A DNA stretch of 38,672 nucleotides from Methanomicrobiales archaeon (GCA_037137755.1 JBAXJR010000023.1:1-38672); one strand, 5' to 3'; shown: positions 20,090-29,318, numbered from the stretch's first letter. Program-made: numbers and translations. Notes: a model not told the origin generated them from the sequence alone.

Positions 20090-21538
20090 ATGAGTGACAA
20101 CAGCGCACGTCAGAAAATGACCCCCAGAGAACTGATGATCGTCCTGGTAATCTCCCTCGGATCGTTCATGGCCGGGCTCGATGGTACCATCGTGAACATA
20201 GCCCTGCCAACAATCGGGAGGGCATTCGACGTCTCGACAGTGACGGTCTCCTGGGTGCTGAATGCGTACCTGATTGTCCTCGTCAGCCTGCTCCTCTTTG
20301 CCTCCCGTCTCGGGGATATCAAGGGGTTTCGGAAACTTTTCCTTGTGGGTTTCGCAATTTTTACGCTTGGTTCTGCCATGTGCGGCCTCGCCCCGTCACT
20401 CGACATCCTCATCATCTCCCGCATGCTCCAGGCAGTAGGAGGGGCTTTTATCGCGGCTCTCGGCGCTGTGATGGTGACCACCTACCTTTCCCCGTCGCTG
20501 CGGGGGCAGGCACTCGGGATGGTGGCGATGTTTACCATGCTCGGCGCAGCCCTCGGCCCGGTACTCGGGGGTTTCCTCACCAGCGCTCTTTCCTGGCATT
20601 ACATCTTTTTAGTGAACATCCCGGTCGGGGTCCTTGCAATTCTGCTCGGAATATTCATCCTTCCCCGAACTGACCCGGTCACCCCGGATGCGTCGATGGA
20701 CATGCCCGGAGTCATCATCATATTTGTTGCCCTCGGAACATTGATACTCGGCCTTAACATGCTCACCAGCCCGACTCCCGTGAGTGGCATTGCAGCATTG
20801 GTTGTATCTGCGATATTCTGGGGACTATTCTATATCCGCGAGCGGAGGACGACTGATCCGCTGATCAACCTTACGTTATTTAAAAACAGGGCATTTACAC
20901 TGCAGAACGTGAACGTCACGCTGACACAGATTGGCCTCGCAGGGGTCATGATCCTGATGCCGTTCTTTCTCGAGATGGTCAAATTAGTCCCTACCGACAG
21001 TGCAGGGACAATCCTCCTGGCCCTCCCTATCGGGATGATCCTCACCTCCCCCATCGCAGGAAGGATCTCGGATGTGATCGGAACAAAAAAACCGATTATT
21101 CTCGGTTTTGTTGTAAGTGCATTCGCCTTATTCCTGCTTTCCACCCTGGGTTCCCATTCGAGTATCGGGCACGTGGAAATCTACCTCTTTCTGCTGGGTG
21201 CCGGTACCGGGTTTGCCTATGCCCCGCTGAATAGTGCCGTAATGGGTGAAGCCCCGGTAAAGGACCGGGGGTCAACATCCGGCCTGATCAAGATGATGTC
21301 CAACCTGGGTTCATCACTGGGGGTCGCACTCGTCATGCTTGTGACTACGGTCGCAGCCGGGTCCCGGATGGCCCAGGAAGTAACCCATAGACTTATACCG
21401 GCAGAAATGGCCGGTGCATTTGATACGGGGTTTTTCTTCCTGATGTGTATCGAAGTACTGGGAATCGTCCTGATGCTCTTCGTTAAGGAACATGATACCG
21501 GTTACAGCACCGAAGGCGAGCCGGTAGCGGCGTATTGA
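20090..21538 (+). CDS. MFS efflux transporter, DHA2/EmrB-QacA family
   Basis: LDGTIVNIALP, RLGDIKG, GPVLGG, IFLVNIPVG motifs; about 14 TM helices. Confidence 0.92.
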   Translation: MSDNSARQKMTPRELMIVLVISLGSFMAGLDGTIVNIALPTIGRAFDVSTVTVSWVLNAYLIVLVSLLLFASRLGDIKGFRKLFLVGFAIFTLGSAMCGLAPSLDILIISRMLQAVGGAFIAALGAVMVTTYLSPSLRGQALGMVAMFTMLGAALGPVLGGFLTSALSWHYIFLVNIPVGVLAILLGIFILPRTDPVTPDASMDMPGVIIIFVALGTLILGLNMLTSPTPVSGIAALVVSAIFWGLFYIRERRTTDPLINLTLFKNRAFTLQNVNVTLTQIGLAGVMILMPFFLEMVKLVPTDSAGTILLALPIGMILTSPIAGRISDVIGTKKPIILGFVVSAFALFLLSTLGSHSSIGHVEIYLFLLGAGTGFAYAPLNSAVMGEAPVKDRGSTSGLIKMMSNLGSSLGVALVMLVTTVAAGSRMAQEVTHRLIPAEMAGAFDTGFFFLMCIEVLGIVLMLFVKEHDTGYSTEGEPVAAY

Positions 21539-21577
21539 GATTTGAATGGACATCTCTTTTTTTTATAGTATACCCAT

Positions 21578-21937
21578 CTATCTTGCTAAATCAGAAAGAA
21601 GTCTCCTCAGACCCGGTTCTACCTCCGGGTCTAATTTGTAAATTTTATGTTTTGAACGATAATAAGAATCGATAAGCCCACCATCTTTCAGGACTTTCAG
21701 ATTATATGAGATGAGATTCTGGGGTTCTTCAAACACATGATAAAATTCACAGACACAATGGTCACGTTTCAGGAGAAGGATAATGATATTGAGTCGAAGC
21801 GGATGACTGAGCTTCTTCATCATTCGGTTGAAAACCATGACTTTTTCTATGGATAACGCCTCTTTCTCCCTACGTAGTTCCTCCTCCCAATCGCTCCGGA
21901 GTGCACAGTCTGCAGGACAGCAGCGGGCAGATGCCAT
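21578..21937 (-). CDS. arsR: ArsR/SmtB family transcriptional repressor
   Basis: LSHPLRLNII...HCVCEF (alpha3 CVC site), ISYNLKVLKDGGLI; extra N-terminal CC-x3-C. Confidence 0.88.
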   Translation of the reverse strand: MASARCCPADCALRSDWEEELRREKEALSIEKVMVFNRMMKKLSHPLRLNIIILLLKRDHCVCEFYHVFEEPQNLISYNLKVLKDGGLIDSYYRSKHKIYKLDPEVEPGLRRLLSDLAR

Positions 21938-22056
21938 GTTAAAAAAAAGGGTTTTTGCGGAAAATAATACGTTCGGAACAATCGAAACATGATATTTTAA
22001 AAAATGTGACGAGTTTGCGGGATATTTTTAAAATAACGATAAGCCAATAATCAGTC

Positions 22057-22488
22057 ATGTCACAGAAAACATACGGCATAATTGCGTTAATCGTGCTCAT
22101 AGCGGCTTTTCTTGTTGGTCTGTATGGCATCCTCCAGTATTCAGTCACTGCAGCAGCCATCTATCTTATCGGAAGTATCGTTGTATTCCTGATCTTCGTC
22201 TATGCATTCTGTGCAAAATGCCCAATCCGTAACAACTGTACCCACGTGGTCATGGGTTGTGCGACACATCTCATGCCCAGCCGTGCAACCGGAGCGTATT
22301 CCCGCCCTGATCTGCTCGGTACATTATTGTTCTTTGGCTTTGTCGCACTCTTCCCCCAGTATTGGCTGATCCGAAATTCATTGTTGATGCTGGTATTCTG
22401 GATATTATTTTTGGGAAACCTGGGGATTACTCATTACACGTGCTGCAAGGGGTGCGGGAACATATACTGTCAGTTGCGGTATGAATGA
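22057..22488 (+). CDS. 4-TM membrane protein with two Cys clusters, unknown function
   Basis: TM-TM-FCAKCP-x4-CTH...TM-TM-CCKGCGNIYC; divergent from arsR. Confidence 0.75.
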   Translation: MSQKTYGIIALIVLIAAFLVGLYGILQYSVTAAAIYLIGSIVVFLIFVYAFCAKCPIRNNCTHVVMGCATHLMPSRATGAYSRPDLLGTLLFFGFVALFPQYWLIRNSLLMLVFWILFLGNLGITHYTCCKGCGNIYCQLRYE

Positions 22489-22537
22489 CCGTGGGGATGT
22501 CCTGGTTGGGAAGCAGATTTAATTTTTTTTTTGATTT

Positions 22538-22553
22538 TTCAATTTTTTTTGAA
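22538..22553. promoter_or_regulatory. Putative ArsR operator TTCAA-N6-TTGAA
   Basis: Inverted repeat upstream of DGC gene 1; the same motif recurs at 23666-23681. Confidence 0.55.
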
Positions 22554-22619
22554 ATCCAGTTCCACGATATATATGGGTTCCTGTTCCACGGATCACATAT
22601 CAAACGGATGTGAAAAACG

Positions 22620-23162
22620 ATGGGATTCGAAACAATTAAGATCGAGAAGGTAACGGGAAAATGCCCGGCATGTGAAGATTATTCAGAAATAAACTCCACA
22701 GCCCCACCGAAAATTGCAGTCATGGCCTGCGAAGGGGCATGTTCCCGGGGAGAGGTTGCAAGAAGGGCCGCAAATCTGGTTGCGCACAGGCTCGCACGGG
22801 ATGAAACCGTCCGTATTTGTCTGGGGGGAGCGTTTACCAAGGATACCGGGCAGCGGAATCTCGTGAGGAGAGCAGATAAGGTCATCGCAATCGAAGGGTG
22901 TTTCATCAATTGTTCCTCACGGATGATGGCCGGGGTTCTTCCGGATGTGCACCCGGTCCTCGTGCGTGCAGATCTTATTCATGAGGTTGACCTCCCGTTT
23001 GGGATCGATGAGGTACCAGATGAGATGTTTACTGTTTATGCATACAAGGTTGCTGAACAGGTTGTAAAGGATCATGTCAAAGGGTCCGGCTGTTGTGATA
23101 ATTCAGGACAGGAATCTGGTTGTTCAGCCGGTTTATGTGCTCCGGTTTCTGAACAGAAATAA
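22620..23162 (+). CDS. DGC-domain putative zinc-binding protein
   Basis: CPAC, ACEGACSRGE, RICLG, IAIEGCFINC; Cys-rich tail. Confidence 0.82.
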   Translation: MGFETIKIEKVTGKCPACEDYSEINSTAPPKIAVMACEGACSRGEVARRAANLVAHRLARDETVRICLGGAFTKDTGQRNLVRRADKVIAIEGCFINCSSRMMAGVLPDVHPVLVRADLIHEVDLPFGIDEVPDEMFTVYAYKVAEQVVKDHVKGSGCCDNSGQESGCSAGLCAPVSEQK

Positions 23163-23188
23163 AGATGAAATTAATAAAAGAAGAAAAA

Positions 23189-23617
23189 CTATTTCTTTTT
23201 CTTCCGGGGTTCCTTGCAACATGTGAGTATAGGTTCAGGTACCACCGTACCAGAATCCTGCGGAACAATGCGGTATTTCTTTCCCTTTTCAGTAAGACGG
23301 TATATGATCCAGCTCCCCTGCTGTTCTCCAACGATCAAGTCTGCCTTTTTGAGTGCGCTCAGATGGTACGATAACTTGGAATCAGAAATTCCAATAATTT
23401 CCCTGATCACGCAGACACAGAGGGGTTGCGAGGTGAGAAGGTGAAGGATCTTCATTCTGATCATGTCAGAAAGGGCATGGTGGACCTCGACAAGATTCTC
23501 TAGTTCCTGGTCATCAGGAAGCCGCGAAATCAATCCTTTCAATCCACCGCTCCTGTCCAGTTCATCCTGGATGGCTGGCGGAATCGGTAATGGCTCTTTC
23601 ACCACAGGTCCTGTCAT
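23189..23617 (-). CDS. arsR: ArsR/SmtB family transcriptional repressor
   Basis: ALSDMIRMKIL...LCVCVI, SKLSYHLSALKKADLI, WIIYRLT; C-terminal CC. Confidence 0.9.
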   Translation of the reverse strand: MTGPVVKEPLPIPPAIQDELDRSGGLKGLISRLPDDQELENLVEVHHALSDMIRMKILHLLTSQPLCVCVIREIIGISDSKLSYHLSALKKADLIVGEQQGSWIIYRLTEKGKKYRIVPQDSGTVVPEPILTCCKEPRKKKK

Positions 23618-23665
23618 TTCAAAAATATATGAAATGACAAAGTATATTACTCTTCACACCAAGAC

Positions 23666-23681
23666 TTCAATAAAAGTTGAA
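23666..23681. promoter_or_regulatory. Putative ArsR operator TTCAA-N6-TTGAA
   Basis: AGACTTCAA-TAAAAG-TTGAAATCT in the divergent promoter between arsR and the DGC-arsP-acr3-arsC operon. Confidence 0.6.
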
Positions 23682-23694
23682 ATCTGTGATTAGT

Positions 23695-24084
23695 ATGAGC
23701 CAGCAAAATTCATGTGGTAATTGTGGATCGGAAGGAAAAACAACCATAATTTATTCCTGTTCCGGCCTCGGATCGAACGTGGGACAATTATCAAACGCTG
23801 CGGCCTGTCGCCTGACAAATGAAGGATTCGGGAACGGTTCCTGTCTTGCGGGTGTCGGTGGATCTGTTGAAAAGCTCATCGGAATTGGATCAGCAGCAAA
23901 CCGGCGGATTGTCATCGATGGCTGTCCTCTTGCCTGTGGAAAGAAAATCCTGAATGAGAAGGGACTTGCCATTGATGACTACGTGATCATCACCGATCTC
24001 GGCATTGAAAAAGTCCCGGGTCCCGGTTTCAATGAACAGGACCTGGAAACGGTCATTTGTGCAGTGAAACACCAGGATTTGTAG
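23695..24084 (+). CDS. DGC-domain putative zinc-binding protein
   Basis: YSCSG..NVGQ, SCLAG, VIDGCPLACGKK; ATG 23695. Confidence 0.88.
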   Translation: MSQQNSCGNCGSEGKTTIIYSCSGLGSNVGQLSNAAACRLTNEGFGNGSCLAGVGGSVEKLIGIGSAANRRIVIDGCPLACGKKILNEKGLAIDDYVIITDLGIEKVPGPGFNEQDLETVICAVKHQDL

Positions 24085-24143
24085 AAAGGCATGATGGGCA
24101 TTACATGAGAAGTCCCAATATTCTATAGGGAAGGTGCAATTCC

Positions 24144-25106
24144 ATGATCCCGGATTATCTGCAGATGTTTGCCGACTGGCTAACCTACACCGTATTGGGT
24201 ATGACAGCAGGAAGTCCGCTTGCATCGTCGGTTAATTTCTTTATCTACGACTCGATCAAGGTCACGGCACTCCTTGCGATCATCGTATTTTTTGTAGGGA
24301 TTATCAGGACTTTCATCACCCCGCTGAAGGTGAAAAAATGGGTTGGAGGAAGGACGGAAGGAGTTGGTAATGTCCTTGCTGCATTGCTCGGGATTCCGAC
24401 TCCATTCTGTTCCTGCTCAGCGGTCCCACTGTTTATCGGGTTCGTGGAATCCGGTGTACCACTAGGGATTACCTTCTCGTTCCTGATTGCCTCACCCTTG
24501 ATCAACGAGATAGCCGTTGCAATGTTGTTCGCATTATTCGGCTGGCAGATTGCGGCGCTTTACATCGTATCCGGGCTGATCATTGCGATCGTTGCAGGAA
24601 TCATTATCGGCCGGCTCCACCTGGAAAACCAAGTCGAGGAATTTGTCTACAAATGCAAAATGTATGACAACCCCGATAAACCGATGACCTGGCGGGACCG
24701 GTTTGACTTTGCCGTTGGTGAATCAAAGAGTATCACCCTCAAAGTCCTGCCTTACATCCTCATCGGTATCGCCATTGGTGCGATAATTCACGGATATGCC
24801 CCGGCGGATTTCCTTGTAAACATCGCGGGACCCGATAATCCTCTGGCGGTCCCGATTGCGGTGCTGATAGGAATCCCCCTCTACTCTAATGCAGCCGGGA
24901 TGCTCCCGATCATGCAGGTACTGACCTCGAAAGGTATGGCCATGGGTACTGCCCTTGCTTTCATGATGGCGGTGGTAGGGCTCTCCCTGCCGGAAATGAT
25001 CATTCTCCGGCGGGTAATCAAAATAAAATTGATCGCAATATTTGTTGGAATCCTGTTTGTGGCCATTACCCTGACAGGGTTACTCTTCAACGCGGTACTC
25101 GGATAA
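24144..25106 (+). CDS. arsP: ArsP/DUF318-family permease
   Basis: TPFCSCSAVPLF, FLIASPLINE, GIPLYSN, LSLPE motifs; ars context. Confidence 0.88.
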   Translation: MIPDYLQMFADWLTYTVLGMTAGSPLASSVNFFIYDSIKVTALLAIIVFFVGIIRTFITPLKVKKWVGGRTEGVGNVLAALLGIPTPFCSCSAVPLFIGFVESGVPLGITFSFLIASPLINEIAVAMLFALFGWQIAALYIVSGLIIAIVAGIIIGRLHLENQVEEFVYKCKMYDNPDKPMTWRDRFDFAVGESKSITLKVLPYILIGIAIGAIIHGYAPADFLVNIAGPDNPLAVPIAVLIGIPLYSNAAGMLPIMQVLTSKGMAMGTALAFMMAVVGLSLPEMIILRRVIKIKLIAIFVGILFVAITLTGLLFNAVLG

Positions 25107-25128
25107 ACAACGAAAAGGGAGATGAAAA

Positions 25129-25578
25129 ATGACAAAATCTGATGATGCACTCAACGCGTTCCAGAGCGGGTTTACCTGCTCTGCGGCTGTGTTCTCGGCA
25201 TTCTCCGAAGATCTTGGGCTTGACAGCGAAATGGCAAAGAAGATCGCCTGTGGGTTTGGTGCAGGCATTTCAAAGACAGGTAACATCTGTGGTGCCGTAT
25301 CAGGGGCGGTCATGGTGATCGGCCTGAAATATGGGAAAACCGTGAAGGGAGACGATGCTGCGACCGAGAAGACGCGGGCTATGGTCAGGGAATTTATTCA
25401 TGAATTTACCACAAAGAACGGATCGGTCAATTGCACGGAACTACTTGGGCTCAACCTCGCGATCCCGGAAGAGTATGCAAAGGCCCGCGACAACAGATCC
25501 TTCTTCACATTATGCCCGGCACTTGTAGGCGATGCCGCCACAATCCTTGAAGAATTACTTGAAAACGCAGAACGGTGA
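25129..25578 (+). CDS. C_GCAxxG_C_C family putative redox protein
   Basis: FTCSAAV, GFGAG, ICGAVSG, VNCTELLG, C-terminal Cys. Confidence 0.88.
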   Translation: MTKSDDALNAFQSGFTCSAAVFSAFSEDLGLDSEMAKKIACGFGAGISKTGNICGAVSGAVMVIGLKYGKTVKGDDAATEKTRAMVREFIHEFTTKNGSVNCTELLGLNLAIPEEYAKARDNRSFFTLCPALVGDAATILEELLENAER

Positions 25579-25584
25579 ACCCAC

Positions 25585-26664
25585 ATGAATACCCCGGTTA
25601 AACGACTCTCCCTTCTTGATACCTACCTAACCCTCTGGATTTTCCTGGCAATGGCAGTAGGTATTGCAATCGGGTATTTTATACCAGTAGTACCTGCGGC
25701 AATTACAAGCCTGTCGGTTGGAACGACTTCTATTCCTATTGCGATCGGACTTATCCTGATGATGTATCCACCGCTGGCAAAGGTCCGGTACGAGGATTTG
25801 CGTTATGTTTTCCGGGATACGAAAGTGCTCGGCTTATCACTCGTGCAGAACTGGATTGTCGGACCAGTACTGATGTTTGCCCTGGCGGTCCTGTTCCTCC
25901 GTGACCAGCCACTCCTGATGTACGGGGTTATCCTCGTAGGTATTGCCCGGTGTATTGCGATGGTCATTGTATGGAATGACCTTGCCGGAGGTGACTGCGA
26001 GTATTGTGCGGCAATTGTGGGTCTCAATTCCATATTCCAGGTATTTTTCTATTCCCTCTATGCCTGGATTTTTATCACCATACTCCCCGCAGCACTTGGG
26101 ATTGCAGAAGGGGCGGTTGTAAATGTCACCATATCAGAGATCGCGATAAGTGTGTTTATTTATCTGGGGATTCCGTTTATCGCAGGTGTAATCACCCGTT
26201 TCGCCCTGTTGAGAATAAAATCAAGGGAATGGTATGACAATTATTTCATTCCAAAGATCTCCCCGATAACACTCATTGCCCTGCTCTTCACCATCATCGT
26301 GATGTTCTCGCTCAAAGGGGAGTATATCATCACGGTACCGCTTGATGTAGTCAGGGTCGCAATTCCATTGGTCATCTATTTCCTGCTGATGTTCTTCATC
26401 AGTTTCTGGATGGCGTTTAAGATGAAGGTGAATTATAAGAAGTCTACCAGTCTTTCATTCACAGCTGCATCCAACAACTTTGAACTGGCGATCGCCGTTG
26501 CAATCGGGGTATTCGGGATCGGGTCAATGGTGGCATTCGCTACCGTTATTGGCCCGCTCATTGAAGTCCCGGTAATGATCGGACTTGTCAATGTAGCATT
26601 ATGGCTGAAGACCTGGTGGTATGGGGGAGACAAATCCCTGATGTGCGAGGAGGGATGTTCATGA
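25585..26664 (+). CDS. acr3: Acr3 arsenite efflux transporter
   Basis: [23 protein letters not shown] (conserved Cys), [18 protein letters not shown]. Confidence 0.96.
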   Translation: MNTPVKRLSLLDTYLTLWIFLAMAVGIAIGYFIPVVPAAITSLSVGTTSIPIAIGLILMMYPPLAKVRYEDLRYVFRDTKVLGLSLVQNWIVGPVLMFALAVLFLRDQPLLMYGVILVGIARCIAMVIVWNDLAGGDCEYCAAIVGLNSIFQVFFYSLYAWIFITILPAALGIAEGAVVNVTISEIAISVFIYLGIPFIAGVITRFALLRIKSREWYDNYFIPKISPITLIALLFTIIVMFSLKGEYIITVPLDVVRVAIPLVIYFLLMFFISFWMAFKMKVNYKKSTSLSFTAASNNFELAIAVAIGVFGIGSMVAFATVIGPLIEVPVMIGLVNVALWLKTWWYGGDKSLMCEEGCS

Positions 26665-27092
26665 CCGGAAAGAAACGTTTCCTGTTTATTTGCACCCACA
26701 ACTCCGCCCGATCTCAGATGGCCGAGGGATACCTGAGAGCACGCTACGGAGACAGGTTCGAAGCATTTAGTGGCGGGACAGAAGTAACGAGGGTTCATCC
26801 GGTGGCAATTGCCGTTATGAATGAGATTGGAATCGATATTTCCTCACACCGGTCTAAGATGATCGATGAGTTTTACCACACCCCGATTGACATTGTTGTC
26901 ACGGTATGTGATTCTGCAAAGGGATTTTGCCCGTTTTTCCCCGGGAAACATGAGGAGATCCATTTCAGCTTCCCCGATCCATCAGGACTTACCGGGACTG
27001 ATGAAGAGGTCCTTGCCGGGTTTCGTATGATACGGGATGAAATTATATCGTGGATAGACAGGACCTTTGGAGAAGTGGACAATCGAACGTAA
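26661..27092 (+). CDS. arsC: Arsenate reductase, thioredoxin-coupled LMW-PTP type
   Basis: [13 protein letters not shown]-loop, resolving cysteines VCD-x5-CP, FPDP; ATGA overlap with the acr3 stop. Confidence 0.93.
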   Translation: MTGKKRFLFICTHNSARSQMAEGYLRARYGDRFEAFSGGTEVTRVHPVAIAVMNEIGIDISSHRSKMIDEFYHTPIDIVVTVCDSAKGFCPFFPGKHEEIHFSFPDPSGLTGTDEEVLAGFRMIRDEIISWIDRTFGEVDNRT

Positions 27093-27112
27093 ATTTGTGT
27101 AACGAGGAAAAG

Positions 27113-27790
27113 ATGCTGAAGGTAAAACCACATCCCCAATACCCTCCGGAAGAGGGGAGATATCTCCGTGGAAATGATTTCTCACCGGTAGCTGTAGTGA
27201 TTATCCTTAATACTGATGCCGATAAAATCCCACCTGAAATTGAACGTCTTGTGCGGGTTGGCGTAGATACAGGTGCTGCGATATCCGGGACTGTACAAAC
27301 AGCAAATATCGGAATTGAGAAGATTATCTGTAACATTGTTTCGAATACAAATATCCGGTACCTGGTTCTCGGAGGCCCTGAATCTGCGGGACATCGGACG
27401 GGAGAAGCAATCAAGGCATTGTTTTCCAATGGTGTAGATGAAAAGAAACGGATTATCGGGACCGGGGCTTTGAGCCCGACGCTCTACAATGTCCCCATTG
27501 AATTCATTGACCGGTTACGGAAACAAGTTACCCTGGTCGACTGCCAGTTTAACAATGAAGAAGTTCTCAGGCAGGCGACACAAGCCTGTTACCAGGAAGC
27601 CCCGGTTCCGTTTGGAGTGTATTCACTCTATGATCCCGGTGCATATCCGGAGCCACCGTTAAGTGGAAAACTTACGTGGACTGTGACAAAGCCCTGGGCT
27701 GAGCCGGAAGACGAGAAGGAACGTCTTACAAAGCAGAAAATGCTTGATTTGATTGCCAGGATGAAGCAAAAGCAAGACAATAAACGATAA
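27113..27790 (+). CDS. Soluble MtrA/MtxA-like corrinoid-binding protein
   Basis: YPPEEGRYLRGN..SPVAV, GAAISGTVQTANIGIEKIICNIVSNTNIRYLVLGGPESAGH.TG, RIIG. Matches the MtrA core including the cobalt-ligand His position. No C-terminal TM anchor; no other mtr genes nearby. Confidence 0.85.
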   Translation: MLKVKPHPQYPPEEGRYLRGNDFSPVAVVIILNTDADKIPPEIERLVRVGVDTGAAISGTVQTANIGIEKIICNIVSNTNIRYLVLGGPESAGHRTGEAIKALFSNGVDEKKRIIGTGALSPTLYNVPIEFIDRLRKQVTLVDCQFNNEEVLRQATQACYQEAPVPFGVYSLYDPGAYPEPPLSGKLTWTVTKPWAEPEDEKERLTKQKMLDLIARMKQKQDNKR

Positions 27791-27824
27791 TTTGGTCTAA
27801 ATAAAAATTTTTAAAGGTGCCTGA

Positions 27825-27968
27825 TTAGCAGCACCCGTGTCCGCACTTGAACTCTTCACAAATCTTCTTGCAGTCCTCGGAACAGTCGATGTGGACTCCC
27901 TTGTCATCTTTCGTCGCTTTGCATACAACTTTTCCGTCGACTTCGACTTTCATTTCATTCCATTTCAT
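27825..27968 (-). CDS. 47-aa Cys-rich small protein (metallothionein-like tail)
   Basis: ATG 27968 preceded by GGAG: MKWNEMKVEVDGKVVCKATKDDKGVHIDCSEDCKKICEEFKCGHGCC (7 Cys, 2 His). It is the 3' part of track ORF 27825..28244. Confidence 0.7.
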   Translation of the reverse strand: MKWNEMKVEVDGKVVCKATKDDKGVHIDCSEDCKKICEEFKCGHGCC

Positions 27969-27985
27969 AGTGTATACTCCGGACA

Positions 27986-28074
27986 TATCGTATGTCCAAT
28001 ATCGGTTATGCGATATATGGTAAAAAATGTATCGGTTACCCGATAGATAGAATTTTGTTATCGGTTGTCCAATA
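27986..28074. promoter_or_regulatory. Four 16-bp palindromic boxes TATCGG-N4-CCGATA (putative PadR operators)
   Basis: tatcgtatgtccaata 27986-28001; tatcggttatgcgata 28000-28015; tatcggttacccgata 28030-28045 (perfect arms); tatcggttgtccaata 28059-28074. Confidence 0.72.
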
Positions 28075-28108
28075 ACTCTATAAGATCTTAAACATTGGGA
28101 AAGATACG

Positions 28109-28426
28109 ATGTGCCACTGCTGCGATATGAGAGGATTTTTGTCATATCTTGTACTCTGGATGCTGAAACATCACAAGATGAATGGCGCACAGATCGCAAA
28201 AGAGCTTGAGAAACGAAGGGGGTCAAAACCATCCCCGGGGACAATTTATCCGGTATTAAAAGAACTCAAAGAAGACGGGCTCATTGATTCCGATGACAAC
28301 AAGGAGTATTCCTTAACGAACAAAGGAGAGGAAGAGCTCAGGAATGCATGTACCGTGTTCTGCAAACAGTTTCATGATTTTCATAAAATGTTAGAATGTT
28401 GTAGAGAGGATTCTTCCAACGAGTGA
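28109..28426 (+). CDS. PadR-family transcriptional regulator with Cys-rich ends
   Basis: RGFLSYLVL, NGAQIAKEL, PSPGTIYPVLKEL, YSLTNKG; MCHCC start, CxxxC and CC near the C-terminus. Confidence 0.88.
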   Translation: MCHCCDMRGFLSYLVLWMLKHHKMNGAQIAKELEKRRGSKPSPGTIYPVLKELKEDGLIDSDDNKEYSLTNKGEEELRNACTVFCKQFHDFHKMLECCREDSSNE

Positions 28427-28522
28427 TAATTTACAGGGTAATTATCAAAATTTTCTATAAATTGAGGCCGACCACATGTCCAGAAAATGATTGGTGACCT
28501 GAAAACAGTGATATCAGGTGGC

Positions 28523-29158
28523 TCATGCGACCTGGGCAATGATTTGTCCAATGAGGCGTTTCTCCGCTTTGTGGATGTGTTCGAGCAGCGTGCTCTTATT
28601 AATTCCCATCTTTTCTGCGAGCTCGCCCGCGTTGAGCCGGCGGGGTTGATCGAAAAACCCCAGGCGATAGGATTCGATCAGGATCTTCTTTTGCCGGGGT
28701 GTGAGGACATCAAAGACCCCGCTGACATCGGGATTATAATCACAGACCGATAGGATCTCAAGACCCCATCCTTTCTCGGCGGCATCGGAAACGAACGTAT
28801 TGAAATCCTCCGGGGTCCCGACCATATTGAATGTCAGGCAATCGTTCTCGAAGACAACAGGTGGCTCAAATTTTGAACCATATGTCTGGAGAAATCGTGT
28901 AATATCTTCAGAAAACGTCCCCTTTATGAGGCAGGTATATTCACGACCCTTGTTCTGAAGCACCAGGAGATTCGACACATAATTGCACTGGATCTGATCG
29001 ACCGGGACACCTTCCCTTATGGTAAACTTGCACACCTCGCTGTGAATATCGTCAACCATGTTGAAGAGGGAGATCACCTCGAACCTTTCGATCACCTGGC
29101 CGTACGATTTACAGTAATCGAAAAGATCCCCGGAAAGCCGGACCGTCATTTTCTTCAT
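28523..29158 (-). CDS. HTH_10 (Bat-type) transcriptional regulator
   Basis: C-terminal LTPRQKKIL..Y..GFFD.PR..N..ELAEKMGI.KST..EH..KAE; likely start 29158. Confidence 0.88.
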   Translation of the reverse strand: MKKMTVRLSGDLFDYCKSYGQVIERFEVISLFNMVDDIHSEVCKFTIREGVPVDQIQCNYVSNLLVLQNKGREYTCLIKGTFSEDITRFLQTYGSKFEPPVVFENDCLTFNMVGTPEDFNTFVSDAAEKGWGLEILSVCDYNPDVSGVFDVLTPRQKKILIESYRLGFFDQPRRLNAGELAEKMGINKSTLLEHIHKAEKRLIGQIIAQVA

Positions 29159-29318
29159 ACAACCCGATCTGGTGTATGGATGTGATATAAATATGACCAT
29201 ACATGTACGGCTCAATTCATATCGTCATATCCTGCCTTTTCTTTATTGTAGTTCCATGAGGAATGATTGGATGAAAACAGACAGTTGTACTGAAATCACA
29301 GATGCAAAGCGGATAGAA

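Noticed and set aside
27113-27790. Canonical mtr operon or HgcA mercury methylase
   Set aside because: No mtrB-H genes and no membrane anchor; no HgcA cap-helix motif N(V/I)WCAAGK and no HgcB ferredoxin
27986-28074. Mini CRISPR array
   Set aside because: Units are 16-bp degenerate palindromes with overlaps or 13-14 bp gaps and there are no cas genes; this fits operators better
27969-28244. Upstream 92 codons of track ORF 27825..28244
   Set aside because: Overlaps padR on the opposite strand and the operator boxes; an RBS supports the start at 27968
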